DNA of 64,000 nt from an uncultured Gammaproteobacteria bacterium (GCA_964518565.1 CAZFGX010000001.1:669404-733403), one strand, 5' to 3'; positions 29,263 to 39,017 are shown, counted from the stretch's first letter. Numbers and translations are program-made. The notes: generated by a model not told the origin, from the sequence alone.

Positions 29263-30880
29263 CATCTAATTCAGGTGCAGCCTCAAACATAAACTTACGA
29301 GTAACTTCAGTACATTTATCAGGGTAGCGATCACAAGTATAAGTCTGAAGCAGATAAACATCTTTTCCTTTAGCTAATTGTTCTTGAACAAATTCTTGGG
29401 CAGAAGTGTTGTATAAAAAAGATCCATAGTAAACAACAGTGTGTCCATGCAACAAAGACAAAGCGGTCATCGCATGTATGACAACCGCATCAGAAGAAAT
29501 ACGCGGTGTCACGTAATCCTCAATATATGTATGAACATCCCGAGGTCCCTTATCCACATACTCATAATAAGGAGATACAGAAATCATTCTTTTATATCGA
29601 AAAACAGTCGGCAAAAGCGACAAAGCCACCACAACACTTAAAAGTATAAAAAAACTCTTTCTCTGACGATGCACAAAATACGCTCTGAGTAGTGATGCAG
29701 AATACCAAACAGCTAAAATCGTCAAGGGAACGACTAAAATTAAAAAATATCTACCATAAGACCCAGAATACTCAACAGAAAAAAACTCCCCAGCAAAATA
29801 AAACGAATAAATTAAAAAATAAAATCCAAACCAAGCAACAAACGCCCACTTACGAACATCTTTTATGGTCAAGATGCCCAGCAATGAAAATACAGTAAGA
29901 ACCACCGGCCACTCAGGCCTTTTAAATAAAGACAAAATATTGGGTAATGTATTCCTAATAACATATCCCACACTAAATGCTTCTAAAGGAGTTGCGTCTC
30001 CACAACACCACGTTTGACCTAAAACAGATAAAGACACGATAGCTCGGAATCCAATCAAGCATCCACTAACCAGCGCGTAGCCTACATCCTTTTTAGTAAA
30101 AAGAGGCAAACCCAACTGTTTACGAATAGCAAAAATAGCCATTAGCTGAACTCCCAAAAATAAAAAGGCTTCCAAACGCACAAACAATAAAAGTAGGGTA
30201 GCCGAAAGCAAAAATAACCAACTCCCAAACGCTGGACGAGATCCATACCAAGCAGCTCCAATGAAAGCAAGTAAAGCAAAAAAAACAAAGTAAGAATCCA
30301 ATCCAATAGACAAACTCCAAAAAATAGGCACTGGTAATATAGCAAAAATTCCAGCAGCCACCAAGCCCATACTACGTGACCGTAAATACATAACTACAGC
30401 TATAAAAACAAAAATAATTTGGCTAGTGCTAAAAATTCTTGAACCAATAAATAGGTATTTTTCACTATAACCGAACACTTTAAATATCCAAGCATTTAAA
30501 GTCGGAACTGTGACTCGCGCAACCAAATCCGGATCGCCTGTGAGAAAAGTATCATTTGTCGCAACGTTTATCAGACGCTGAGTGCCGAATTTTGCAAAAG
30601 TTACAGCCCCGGAAAGATAACGATCCTCATCAAAATAAATTCTATGTTGATCTGGACTATAAAAACGTAATAGTCCTCCAACAACAACAATAACTCCAAG
30701 CAATACCCAAATCCAAACAGACTGAGATCGACAATATTTAAAAATTTTCCCTAGCTGAAACAACCCAATAAATACTAAAACAAAACCACATATACTTACA
30801 ACCCAAGGAGACACATCCGAGATAAGCCAACTTCCCATATTACTTATTATCACTATCTGCTTCATCAATTGCCACACCAA
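29222..30880 (-). CDS. GT-C fold membrane glycosyltransferase (PMT/ArnT-like, GT39/GT83 type)
   Basis: More than 10 TM helices. The first extracytoplasmic loop carries RFYSPDQHRIYFDEDRY (DE motif). The 3' end overlaps the 3' end of the giant gene by 41 nt, convergently. Confidence 0.7.
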   Translation of the reverse strand: MVWQLMKQIVIISNMGSWLISDVSPWVVSICGFVLVFIGLFQLGKIFKYCRSQSVWIWVLLGVIVVVGGLLRFYSPDQHRIYFDEDRYLSGAVTFAKFGTQRLINVATNDTFLTGDPDLVARVTVPTLNAWIFKVFGYSEKYLFIGSRIFSTSQIIFVFIAVVMYLRSRSMGLVAAGIFAILPVPIFWSLSIGLDSYFVFFALLAFIGAAWYGSRPAFGSWLFLLSATLLLLFVRLEAFLFLGVQLMAIFAIRKQLGLPLFTKKDVGYALVSGCLIGFRAIVSLSVLGQTWCCGDATPLEAFSVGYVIRNTLPNILSLFKRPEWPVVLTVFSLLGILTIKDVRKWAFVAWFGFYFLIYSFYFAGEFFSVEYSGSYGRYFLILVVPLTILAVWYSASLLRAYFVHRQRKSFFILLSVVVALSLLPTVFRYKRMISVSPYYEYVDKGPRDVHTYIEDYVTPRISSDAVVIHAMTALSLLHGHTVVYYGSFLYNTSAQEFVQEQLAKGKDVYLLQTYTCDRYPDKCTEVTRKFMFEAAPELDAMGMSMLRVRLKK

Positions 30881-32864
30881 AATCCTTAGCGACTTTCCTT
30901 ACCCGTTCCCGTTCATCAGGAGGAAGTGGATAAGAATTATATCTCTTAAAATAATGTTCAGCTTTCGGGATATCGTGCAAACATCCTGCATACAAAACAG
31001 CAAGATCCAATACTGCCTTTGACACATTTGTTTCCTTGCGCTGGTCTAAAGCCAAAATAAACCATTTCTCAGCTAATCGACACTCACCCTTAGCTGCTTG
31101 AAGCCGAGCCATTTCCACCATGACGGAAAACGACCAATTTGCATCAGGAATTTCCTTTAAAATCCGCTCTGCATCAGCATAACGCTTCTGAATCCGCAAA
31201 ACAGTCGCCAACTGACCTCGGGCTAAAACTGCGTGTGGATAAAGTTTTACAAATCTTTCCAGTTCCAAAATAGCTTCATTACTTTTTTCAGGATCAAATC
31301 CCAAACTACGTCCAAACGTTACAGCGGAAAACCCCCTTGTCCTCAAATAATCATTTGACACTGCCGTTTTTCGCACATATACAAAGCCATCTTCATCAAA
31401 ATAAACAAGAGACCAATCAGGACTCTTACTTGTCGTGGCTATAAGATAATCAGCACTCCGACTCAAAAGAAGTGCATTAATGTTCTGGTCACGATAAAAC
31501 CGTTCAAATGCACTATTCTGTTCAGGCACCAATAAAGAATAAACATTAATACTTTCATATTCATCAAAAAACAAATCCATTACATCCAAATTCGCTAACC
31601 GTGGATATTGCACATAAAACATGTAAGCCGAAATATCAGGAGTAGTCGCTATATTTCCTTCTATATGTAGACTTCGAAGAGATCTTTCAGACTCTTGAGG
31701 TAAACGAAGAAGCAAGGCTTTGGGCGGAAAAAAAATAGTAAATACAGTTATCCCAAAAGCCAACCCGCAACAAATCAAAAAGATTTTTTTATAAAAAACT
31801 TTCTCCCAAAAGAGGTTCGTTAATATCCACGCAAACGGTACAATAAGCAAAATCCCTGAAAAAGGGACAAAACGAACCCACCAATACCCACTTAACGAAA
31901 GAATAAGTAAAGGTAAAAATACAGTAACACTAACAAATCCATTCCAGCCTCTACGTACCACATAAATCAAAAAACCCACAACACTAAACAGGCTAAGTAA
32001 TAGGAAAATTACATAGGGGTATGTGGATATATTTTCTCGAATATAATTTGAATTTGCTGCAATCAATATTCCAGATAGCGAGCTGTAAACCTTATTCGCA
32101 CCCGACAAGAGCCGCAAGTTATCAATATTCAACCACAATCGAATACCGTGGGGATTTATCAGTGTCAACCCAATACTCACAACCGACCACACGATCAAAG
32201 GGCTGATTTGTTTATTTGGCCGCTTGAAATCCAATTTCCATATTCGACTACAAATTATATAAATAGATTCCAAAATACATATCAAAATTAACAACCCAAA
32301 ACCCAAAGCAATATACTCACCCGCCAACTGTGCCCACAACCACATCACAAGTGGAAAAAGAATAAAAAGTGTTTTTCCTTTCAAAACCCATCGCTGATAC
32401 ACAAAAAAGAGGATCAACAACATAGCGGGAACCAACACCAGTGGATGAAGTTTCCAAAAAATCCCCACAAAAACCGCACTAAACAACCACAGCACGAGTA
32501 AAAGAGGCTGAGGAATTTTTAGTTCTTTACCCAGAAAAACAATGAGCCAACCTATTCCAAACCACAATAAAATTAACACAGAAACAACACTCCATGAACC
32601 GGCCAAAAATAGTACATAACTTAAAAGATCAAATAGCCACGAGGTGGCAACGAGTTGGTTTTCAACAGGAATTACTTTAAAAGAGATATCTTGGTGATCA
32701 GGTATGTGTCTATTTTCCAAAATAAACCTTCCAATACCCACATGAATCCATGAATCAGGAGCCATAAATGTAGCCAAACTTCCCACACGAAAAAGAATAC
32801 ATACTGAAATCACACCCATAACCAAAAACAACCAAGACTGTTTAATATGCGTCCACATACTCAT
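30840..32864 (-). CDS. polytopic membrane protein with C-terminal TPR repeats (probable GT-C-type glycosyltransferase)
   Basis: About 12 TM helices followed by soluble TPR-like helices (RGQLATVLRIQKRYADAERILKEI ... AEKWFILALDQ). Confidence 0.6.
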   Translation of the reverse strand: MSMWTHIKQSWLFLVMGVISVCILFRVGSLATFMAPDSWIHVGIGRFILENRHIPDHQDISFKVIPVENQLVATSWLFDLLSYVLFLAGSWSVVSVLILLWFGIGWLIVFLGKELKIPQPLLLVLWLFSAVFVGIFWKLHPLVLVPAMLLILFFVYQRWVLKGKTLFILFPLVMWLWAQLAGEYIALGFGLLILICILESIYIICSRIWKLDFKRPNKQISPLIVWSVVSIGLTLINPHGIRLWLNIDNLRLLSGANKVYSSLSGILIAANSNYIRENISTYPYVIFLLLSLFSVVGFLIYVVRRGWNGFVSVTVFLPLLILSLSGYWWVRFVPFSGILLIVPFAWILTNLFWEKVFYKKIFLICCGLAFGITVFTIFFPPKALLLRLPQESERSLRSLHIEGNIATTPDISAYMFYVQYPRLANLDVMDLFFDEYESINVYSLLVPEQNSAFERFYRDQNINALLLSRSADYLIATTSKSPDWSLVYFDEDGFVYVRKTAVSNDYLRTRGFSAVTFGRSLGFDPEKSNEAILELERFVKLYPHAVLARGQLATVLRIQKRYADAERILKEIPDANWSFSVMVEMARLQAAKGECRLAEKWFILALDQRKETNVSKAVLDLAVLYAGCLHDIPKAEHYFKRYNSYPLPPDERERVRKVAKDFGVAIDEADSDNK

Positions 32865-33531
32865 ATACTAATCTAAAAATCTTTTCAAACAAATCATCAC
32901 TTTTAGCCATCATGCACAATACGTAGGGTCTCTTCGGTCGGTAGACCAAACGGCAATCTCCAACGTTATTTTTTGATTTGAATCGAAACATGGAAACATC
33001 TGCTTCAGACACGTGTTGAACATGAGATTTTAAAATTTTATTTGAATTTTCCAAATCTAAATAAGTAGATAAATACAAATTTCTCAAAACAGATGAAAAA
33101 TTCTTAGGACTCACGACCAAATCAGAATCGTTTTGACTCTGAGGAAAATCTAAATAATCAAAAATAGGCTGATGAGAATTAAGGCTTTCTAATTCATTCA
33201 AAAGCGGAATCTGAGTCGTAGCAAACATGGGCACCTTTTCGTTTACCCCCACATAGACACCTGAGGGTAAATATTCAAAATATATACCCATGGCAGTATT
33301 CGCCACAATTTGCTCCAGTTGAGTTCGTAAGGAGACAAAGTTTATAAGAACATCATTTGGCTGGTTTATAAATACTCTCGGTGATAAAAACCGATAGGAT
33401 AAAACACTTGCAGATTGGAGCGATGAAGCCTGAACGGGATTATAGACGCGACGAAATATGATAACAAATAAAACAATATTTGTGACACATGATGCACAGA
33501 AAAAAACCCAAAATGAATGTTTTTTTGTCAT
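32842..33531 (-). CDS. degenerate paralog of the class A beta-lactamase-fold proteins (lacks SxxK and SDN)
   Basis: Shares the YFEYLPSGV..G.NE, SPKN.SSVLR.LY.S.YLD and RPYVLCMM blocks with its two neighbours, but the catalytic motifs are missing. Confidence 0.55.
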   Translation of the reverse strand: MTKKHSFWVFFCASCVTNIVLFVIIFRRVYNPVQASSLQSASVLSYRFLSPRVFINQPNDVLINFVSLRTQLEQIVANTAMGIYFEYLPSGVYVGVNEKVPMFATTQIPLLNELESLNSHQPIFDYLDFPQSQNDSDLVVSPKNFSSVLRNLYLSTYLDLENSNKILKSHVQHVSEADVSMFRFKSKNNVGDCRLVYRPKRPYVLCMMAKSDDLFEKIFRLVYEYVDAY

Positions 33532-34469
33532 GGAGTAGGTAATTTTGACACATAGTCATATACAATAGTAGAAATCCCCTTCATAGTAACATCAGCTTCT
33601 GCCTCTGAAGAATTAATCATCATACACAACAAATACGGTCTTTGAGGTAAATAAAAAATTCCGCAGTCAGTAAATACATCACTTACTCCTGGCTTTCCCT
33701 TTCGTACACCTATTTTGTGAGCAACAGTCAAATCTTTTGGCACCCCAGCTACAATCATGTCGGAAAACTCACTACGACTAAGCAAATCCAGAACTGAATT
33801 GGAATTTGTTGGATTTATAAAAGACGAAAAATATAAGCTTCGCAAAATTGAAGAATAATTCTTAGGGGAAATCGTTGGCTCTTCACCAAAATCTTTAGGA
33901 ATTCCCAAATAATCATAAACATCCACTATTTGTTGCTGAGATACAAGTTTGAACAACAAATTTCTGGCAGTATTATCAGATTCTGCCAAAATTTTTTCCA
34001 AAGCGACAGACACGGTTAGTCGAGTACCTACCCCTTGTTTATACAACTCACCAAAATTCGGGTCTATGTCTTGTTCGGCTATTTCGATTTGATCCCCCGT
34101 ACCAATCCTTCCACTTTCGACTTGTTTCAAAACCGCCATGGCTAAAGGAATTTTCAACAACGACGCTTGAATAAATTCTTGATTTTCATGAATGCCAATA
34201 GACGTCCCACTGGGCAAATATTCAAAATACAATCCAACATTATCCTTTGTAGCCAGTATCTCGTTGAGAGCGGAACGTAAAACCACAAAATTAGTTAACA
34301 AGTGATATTGATGTCCTGCAAAAACACGCCGTGAGATATAAGGATACTGCTGGCTTAAATCTGAAGCCTGAGACACACCACTTTCCAAAGCTTTGGGTGA
34401 AAAATTAATTAAAAACGCCGCTAAAACAATATTTATACCAACAGAAACACAAAACAAAACATATTTCAT
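33528..34469 (-). CDS. class A beta-lactamase-fold serine hydrolase-like protein with signal anchor
   Basis: ASLLK (SxxK), ESDNTARNLL (SDN motif, close to the TEM sequence SDNTAANLL), an EEP...SP omega-loop-like segment, and HKIGV in the KTG position. Confidence 0.7.
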   Translation of the reverse strand: MKYVLFCVSVGINIVLAAFLINFSPKALESGVSQASDLSQQYPYISRRVFAGHQYHLLTNFVVLRSALNEILATKDNVGLYFEYLPSGTSIGIHENQEFIQASLLKIPLAMAVLKQVESGRIGTGDQIEIAEQDIDPNFGELYKQGVGTRLTVSVALEKILAESDNTARNLLFKLVSQQQIVDVYDYLGIPKDFGEEPTISPKNYSSILRSLYFSSFINPTNSNSVLDLLSRSEFSDMIVAGVPKDLTVAHKIGVRKGKPGVSDVFTDCGIFYLPQRPYLLCMMINSSEAEADVTMKGISTIVYDYVSKLPTP

Positions 34470-34471
34470 AA

Positions 34472-35401
34472 TTAGTAATCCCTAATATATGAATATACAT
34501 CCTGAGAAATACTCTTAAACACGGATCGAGCCACATCTTCACTAGACTTCATCATCAAACATAAAATGTATGGCCGCTTCGGCATATATACTATTCCACA
34601 ATCTGTATATACCGAATCTGGAGTATCAGGTGAATAAACACCAATTTTATGAGCCACTTTTACCTGTTCAGGTACACCAGCTCGCAATTTATCGGTAAAT
34701 TTACTTTGAGTCATTAAATCCAATATCTCATTTGAATCAGCCATATCTAAATAAGAAGATAGATACAAGCTTCTAAGTACCGAAGAATAATTTTTAGGTG
34801 TCACCACTACAGTATTTTGTTCTAATTCCTTAGGAATATCCAATGAATCAAACACATCTTCAATCGTTCCTGCAGGCAATCTATTAAACAACACACTTTT
34901 TGCCGTATTGTCAGACTCGGTAAGCACCAAACGAACCGCATCATTTACTGAAATTTTCGCCCCCACCCCCTGTTTCCAAAAATCCCCAAAATTATTATCT
35001 ATATTCTCAGGTTGTATGGTTAATATTTCATTCATATCCAGAGCATGGTTCTCTTTCTGTTTATATACACCCATAACCATAGGGACTTTCAAAAGCGACG
35101 CCAATACAAACTGTTTTTTTTCATTAATCCCTATAGATACACCCGAAGGCAAATATTCAAAATACACACCAAGTTCACCTGAAACAGTCGAGGAATTAAT
35201 TACTTCTCGTAATTCTGACCGCAATTTCACAAAATTTATAAGTATTTCATTCTTCTCACTCGCCATTATCCTCGGAGACAAAAATTGAAATTCCTGCTTA
35301 TCATAAACATGCAAATGACGAAATGGCCTACGGAGCAAAAAGTAGCCATTGATGATAAGGCTAACAATCAAAAACCCTAGCAAAAGCATCCTGCTTCGCA
35401 T
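34472..35401 (-). CDS. class A beta-lactamase-fold serine hydrolase-like protein with signal anchor (paralog)
   Basis: ASLLKVPMV (SxxK), ESDNTAKSVL (SDN) and HKIGV. Start taken at MRSRM (35401). The track ORF extends to 35428. Confidence 0.7.
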   Translation of the reverse strand: MRSRMLLLGFLIVSLIINGYFLLRRPFRHLHVYDKQEFQFLSPRIMASEKNEILINFVKLRSELREVINSSTVSGELGVYFEYLPSGVSIGINEKKQFVLASLLKVPMVMGVYKQKENHALDMNEILTIQPENIDNNFGDFWKQGVGAKISVNDAVRLVLTESDNTAKSVLFNRLPAGTIEDVFDSLDIPKELEQNTVVVTPKNYSSVLRSLYLSSYLDMADSNEILDLMTQSKFTDKLRAGVPEQVKVAHKIGVYSPDTPDSVYTDCGIVYMPKRPYILCLMMKSSEDVARSVFKSISQDVYSYIRDY

Positions 35402-35426
35402 GAATATATGCAGTATACTCCAACCC

Positions 35427-36350
35427 ATGCCAAAAAAAATTGTCCTTACTGGTAGTTCAGGTTTTTTAGGCCAGCACCTTTTCTCAAGCCTGAAAAGAGT
35501 CTACCCAAAAAGCATTATCAGTACTCCCAGTTCAAAAGATGCAGATCTAAGAATTCTTGAAAATTGTCTAAAAATTACTACTAAAGCGGATTTAGTAATC
35601 CACGCAGCAGCTAATGTTGGAGGTATTGGTAAAAATCAACAACTTCCCGGTACCTTGCTTTACGACAACGCCATCATGGGTCTGTATATGATCGAAGCAG
35701 CTAAATTAAATAAGGTGTCTAAAACAATAGTTATAGGTACGGTATGTGAATACCCCAAATATACCGACATTCCGTTCAAAGAATCAGATATATGGCTCGG
35801 ATATCCTGAATCAACCAACGCGCCCTACGGACTAGCCAAAAAACTTCTCCTTGTTCAAGGTCAAGCATATCATCAAGAATTTGGCATAAATATCATCCAC
35901 ATCCTACCCACAAATTTATATGGACCACACGACCACATAGACGCACAATATGCTCATGTAATCCCCGACCTAATTCGCAAATTTCATACCGCAAAGAACA
36001 CAAAACAACCCACTGTCACACTCTGGGGCGACGGCTCAGCCACCAGAGAATTCATGTATGTAGCAGATGCGGCTGATGCAATTGTACTAATTAGCAAAAA
36101 ATACGATTCCCAAGATCCAATAAACATTGGCTCAGGCGAAGAAATCTCTATTAAGGACCTAGCCGAACTAATAAAAAATAAAATAGGGTATACGGGTGAA
36201 ATAATTTGGGACACCAGCCGTCCAAACGGCCAACCTCGTCGGCTAATTGATCATTCTAAACTTGCGAGTCTGAAATTTAAACCCAAAACAAATATTTCCA
36301 CTGGACTAGATAAAACAATTAATTGGTATATCAAAAGCATTCAAACATGA
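35427..36350 (+). CDS. NAD(P)-dependent epimerase/reductase, GDP-L-fucose synthase (Fcl/WcaG)-like
   Basis: Rossmann start KKIVLTGSSGFLG, then AAANVGGI, GTVCEYPK, and NAPYGLAKK (YxxxK). The track's start at 35349 is a TTG. ATG 35427 fits the family's N-terminus. Confidence 0.75.
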   Translation: MPKKIVLTGSSGFLGQHLFSSLKRVYPKSIISTPSSKDADLRILENCLKITTKADLVIHAAANVGGIGKNQQLPGTLLYDNAIMGLYMIEAAKLNKVSKTIVIGTVCEYPKYTDIPFKESDIWLGYPESTNAPYGLAKKLLLVQGQAYHQEFGINIIHILPTNLYGPHDHIDAQYAHVIPDLIRKFHTAKNTKQPTVTLWGDGSATREFMYVADAADAIVLISKKYDSQDPINIGSGEEISIKDLAELIKNKIGYTGEIIWDTSRPNGQPRRLIDHSKLASLKFKPKTNISTGLDKTINWYIKSIQT

Positions 36351-37537
36351 ACAATCTGCAACGTTTCTATCTCAATCAGCATTCAAACTTAATCAACCAT
36401 CTAGTACCAGTTGGTGCCCATTCCAACTATCGAGTACTAAATGACAATATTGGCGAACAAACAGATATTTTAAAAACTCTAGAAAAAGCCCGAAGTGAAT
36501 TGTCTGCCAATGGTCGGATAGTCTTCACATCTATTAATTTCCTATGGCAACCCATAGTTACCCTAGCTGAGTACCTAAAAATCAAAAGGCCACAACCGCA
36601 ACAAAGCTGGCTATCACATACCGACATAAAAAATTTACTCTATCTTGCAAATTTTGAAGTTGTCACATCAGGCACCCACCTCCTATTGCCTATCTATATC
36701 CCTTATTTCAGTTCATTTATAAACCAATATATAGCTCGTCTTCCTATTATTAAACACCTTTGCCTTATTCAGTATTTCGTCGCCAAAAAAATACCCCAGA
36801 CAAACCCAGACAAAGACTATAGTGTATCTATTATCGTCCCAGCCAGAAACGAATCAGGAACTATAGAGACCATTATCAAAAACCTACCTTATCTAGGCAC
36901 CCATACAGAAATTATTTTTGTCGAAGGTCATTCAAAAGATGGTACCAACACAACTATTCGCCAAGCAATTACAAAATTCAAACATAAAGATATAAAACTA
37001 ATTACTCAAACCACTACATCTGGCAAAGGCGATGCCGTTAGAAAAGGTTTTAATCGAGCCACTGGTGACATACTTGTGATATTTGACGCAGATCTATCCA
37101 TGTCCGCAAATGAATTACCCATTTTTTACCACGTGCTTAGAACCCACAAAGCAGACTTTGTCATGGGTTCGAGACTTATTTACCCCATGGAAAACCAAGC
37201 CATGAGGTTTCTAAACATTTTAGGCAATAAAGCATTTAGTCTCATTTTTTCTTGGATTTTAAATCTACCAGTAAAAGATACGCTCTGTGGCACAAAGTGT
37301 TTATTTAAAAAGGACTATCAGTTAATAGCTAAAAATAGAGCATATTTTGGCGACTTTGATCCCTTCGGCGATTTTGACCTCATTCTTGGCGCCTCAAAAG
37401 CAAATCTAAAAATTATCGAAGTTCCTATTCATTACAAAGCAAGAGTCTATGGCAAAACCAACATTAGTCGTTTCCGCCACGGTTGGTTACTAGTACAAAT
37501 GACTTTATTTGCCGCCAAAAAGCTCAAATTCTTTTAA
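36347..37537 (+). CDS. GT2 glycosyltransferase, DPM1/GtrB-like polyprenyl-phosphate sugar synthase with N-terminal extension
   Basis: ATGA overlap with the upstream gene. VSIIVPARNESGTIETII, FVEGHSKDGT and GKGDAVRKGFNRATGDILVIFDADLS are GT2 signatures. Confidence 0.75.
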   Translation: MNNLQRFYLNQHSNLINHLVPVGAHSNYRVLNDNIGEQTDILKTLEKARSELSANGRIVFTSINFLWQPIVTLAEYLKIKRPQPQQSWLSHTDIKNLLYLANFEVVTSGTHLLLPIYIPYFSSFINQYIARLPIIKHLCLIQYFVAKKIPQTNPDKDYSVSIIVPARNESGTIETIIKNLPYLGTHTEIIFVEGHSKDGTNTTIRQAITKFKHKDIKLITQTTTSGKGDAVRKGFNRATGDILVIFDADLSMSANELPIFYHVLRTHKADFVMGSRLIYPMENQAMRFLNILGNKAFSLIFSWILNLPVKDTLCGTKCLFKKDYQLIAKNRAYFGDFDPFGDFDLILGASKANLKIIEVPIHYKARVYGKTNISRFRHGWLLVQMTLFAAKKLKFF

Positions 37538-38117
37538 AAACCAGCCTGGTAATAGGAAACCAGGTCGGATTTTTCTCCACCAAAGCTAACCCCACACTCC
37601 TGGCTTGATTCACAATCTTGGGCATATCCACTCTTTGATGAGGACCTTCAGGCATTTTCCAGCCCATTTTTTCCCAGACTATCAGTAACGGCTCCCAAAA
37701 CGGACCCACAAATGTCACTATCAGCCGACCATCAGCTTCTAAATGCGATTTAATCCAATCCAAGTCCCCTCTCAGATCCATTGTGTGCTCTACAACATCT
37801 GCCATAATCACTGTATTAAATTTGTCTTTTATCTCTGATTTTTTAGCCGTAAATCTGAAGTTTGGGAATTTTCTTGCCGCAAGTTTTACCATTTCACTAC
37901 TAATATCAAAACCTGTTCCCATTATCGGGTCTAAATAAGCCAATATCTGGCCAGTTCCGCATCCATAATCTAATACGTTTTTTTTATTACCAGCTTTTGA
38001 ACGAATTATCCTTTTAAGTACACTATAATAAATGCCATTTTTTCGCTTAAAACTGTCATACAAATGTGCGATTTCATCAAAATGTTGTTCTACGTCGTTT
38101 TTACAAGTTTTTACCAT
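37524..38117 (-). CDS. class I SAM-dependent methyltransferase
   Basis: VLDYGCGTGQILAYL (motif I) and ADVVEH (post-I acidic region). Confidence 0.8.
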   Translation of the reverse strand: MVKTCKNDVEQHFDEIAHLYDSFKRKNGIYYSVLKRIIRSKAGNKKNVLDYGCGTGQILAYLDPIMGTGFDISSEMVKLAARKFPNFRFTAKKSEIKDKFNTVIMADVVEHTMDLRGDLDWIKSHLEADGRLIVTFVGPFWEPLLIVWEKMGWKMPEGPHQRVDMPKIVNQARSVGLALVEKNPTWFPITRLVFKRI

Positions 38118-38170
38118 ATTTTAGCCTTGTTTTTACAAGTTTTTACAACTTATTACAAGTGTTTACAATC
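38097..38170. repeat. phased array (6-7 copies, about 10.5 bp period) of TTTTTACAAG, the reverse complement of CTTGTAAAAA
   Basis: Copies start at 38098, 38108, 38130, 38140, 38151 and 38162. The array overlaps the methyltransferase start codon and matches the array at 11166-11220. Confidence 0.65.
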
Positions 38171-38218
38171 AATAAAATGCTTGCAATTTAGATAAAAATA
38201 GTGCTAAGGTAATTTTAG

Positions 38219-38962
38219 ATGGCATTTATTACCAAAAAGAAACTCCTTATTGGCACGGTTGTCTTACCATTTATCGCCGGAATTGCTGGCGGCGGTTATT
38301 ATTTCTACAAACAATATAGCACTACCAAGTCCCAACTAGAGCAACTCAAGTCTCAAGCTCCAAACAATGCTTCAGCTGAGGAAAACCAAAAAACCGTCTC
38401 CCAAGTAGCCAAGCTCATGGACCTCCCATCAGATCAGCCAACAGTAGCAACCATCACAGACAAAGAAAAGCTTAAAGATCAGCCATTTTTTAGCCGTGCA
38501 GACAACGGTGACAAGGTTTTAATATTCGCCGCCTCTAAAAAAGCCATTATCTATAGACCTAGTACAAACAAAATTGTAGATATTGCCCCAATCAATATCT
38601 CAAATGCCACACCCTCTGGTCAAACCGCTCAGCCGACTGGAAAAGTAGCCGGAGCCACGGCCTCCACACCCACGACTAAACCCCTGAGCGTACTACTGGT
38701 AAATGGTACAGATTCTTCTGGCTTGACCAACAAATTCGAAGCCTCTGTCAAAAAAGTAATTACCGGAGCCACTGTCACCAAGGAACAAGGCCAAAAACAA
38801 GATCATGACAAATCAGTCATTGTCGTCTCAAAAGATGAATTTAAAGACGCCGCCGACAAACTCAGCAAAGAGTTAGGTATATCTCTGGGAGATTCCCCCT
38901 ATGGCGAAGATCTAGCCGGCAAAGCTGACATCGTAGTTCTATTCGGCACAGATAAAAAATAA
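38219..38962 (+). CDS. membrane-anchored LytR_C-domain protein
   Basis: N-terminal TM helix. C-terminal VLLVNGTDSSGLTNKFEASV...DIVVLFGTD resembles the LytR C-terminal (cell envelope-related) domain. Confidence 0.6.
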   Translation: MAFITKKKLLIGTVVLPFIAGIAGGGYYFYKQYSTTKSQLEQLKSQAPNNASAEENQKTVSQVAKLMDLPSDQPTVATITDKEKLKDQPFFSRADNGDKVLIFAASKKAIIYRPSTNKIVDIAPINISNATPSGQTAQPTGKVAGATASTPTTKPLSVLLVNGTDSSGLTNKFEASVKKVITGATVTKEQGQKQDHDKSVIVVSKDEFKDAADKLSKELGISLGDSPYGEDLAGKADIVVLFGTDKK

Positions 38963-39017
38963 ACCAAAACAAAGGCAATTCACTTTTTAAATCGAATCTT
39001 GTATAATCCTCCAAGCC

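Noticed and set aside
35349-35426. Track start (TTG at 35349) for the epimerase gene.
   Set aside because: The 26 extra residues are not part of the Rossmann fold. The ATG at 35427 gives the canonical KKIVLTGSSGFLG N-terminus. The longer form would also overlap the divergent lactamase-like gene's start.
38097-38170. Possible CRISPR-like array.
   Set aside because: The repeat unit is only about 10 bp with 10-11 bp phasing and no unique spacers. There are no cas genes. It is a curved-DNA or binding-site array, not CRISPR.
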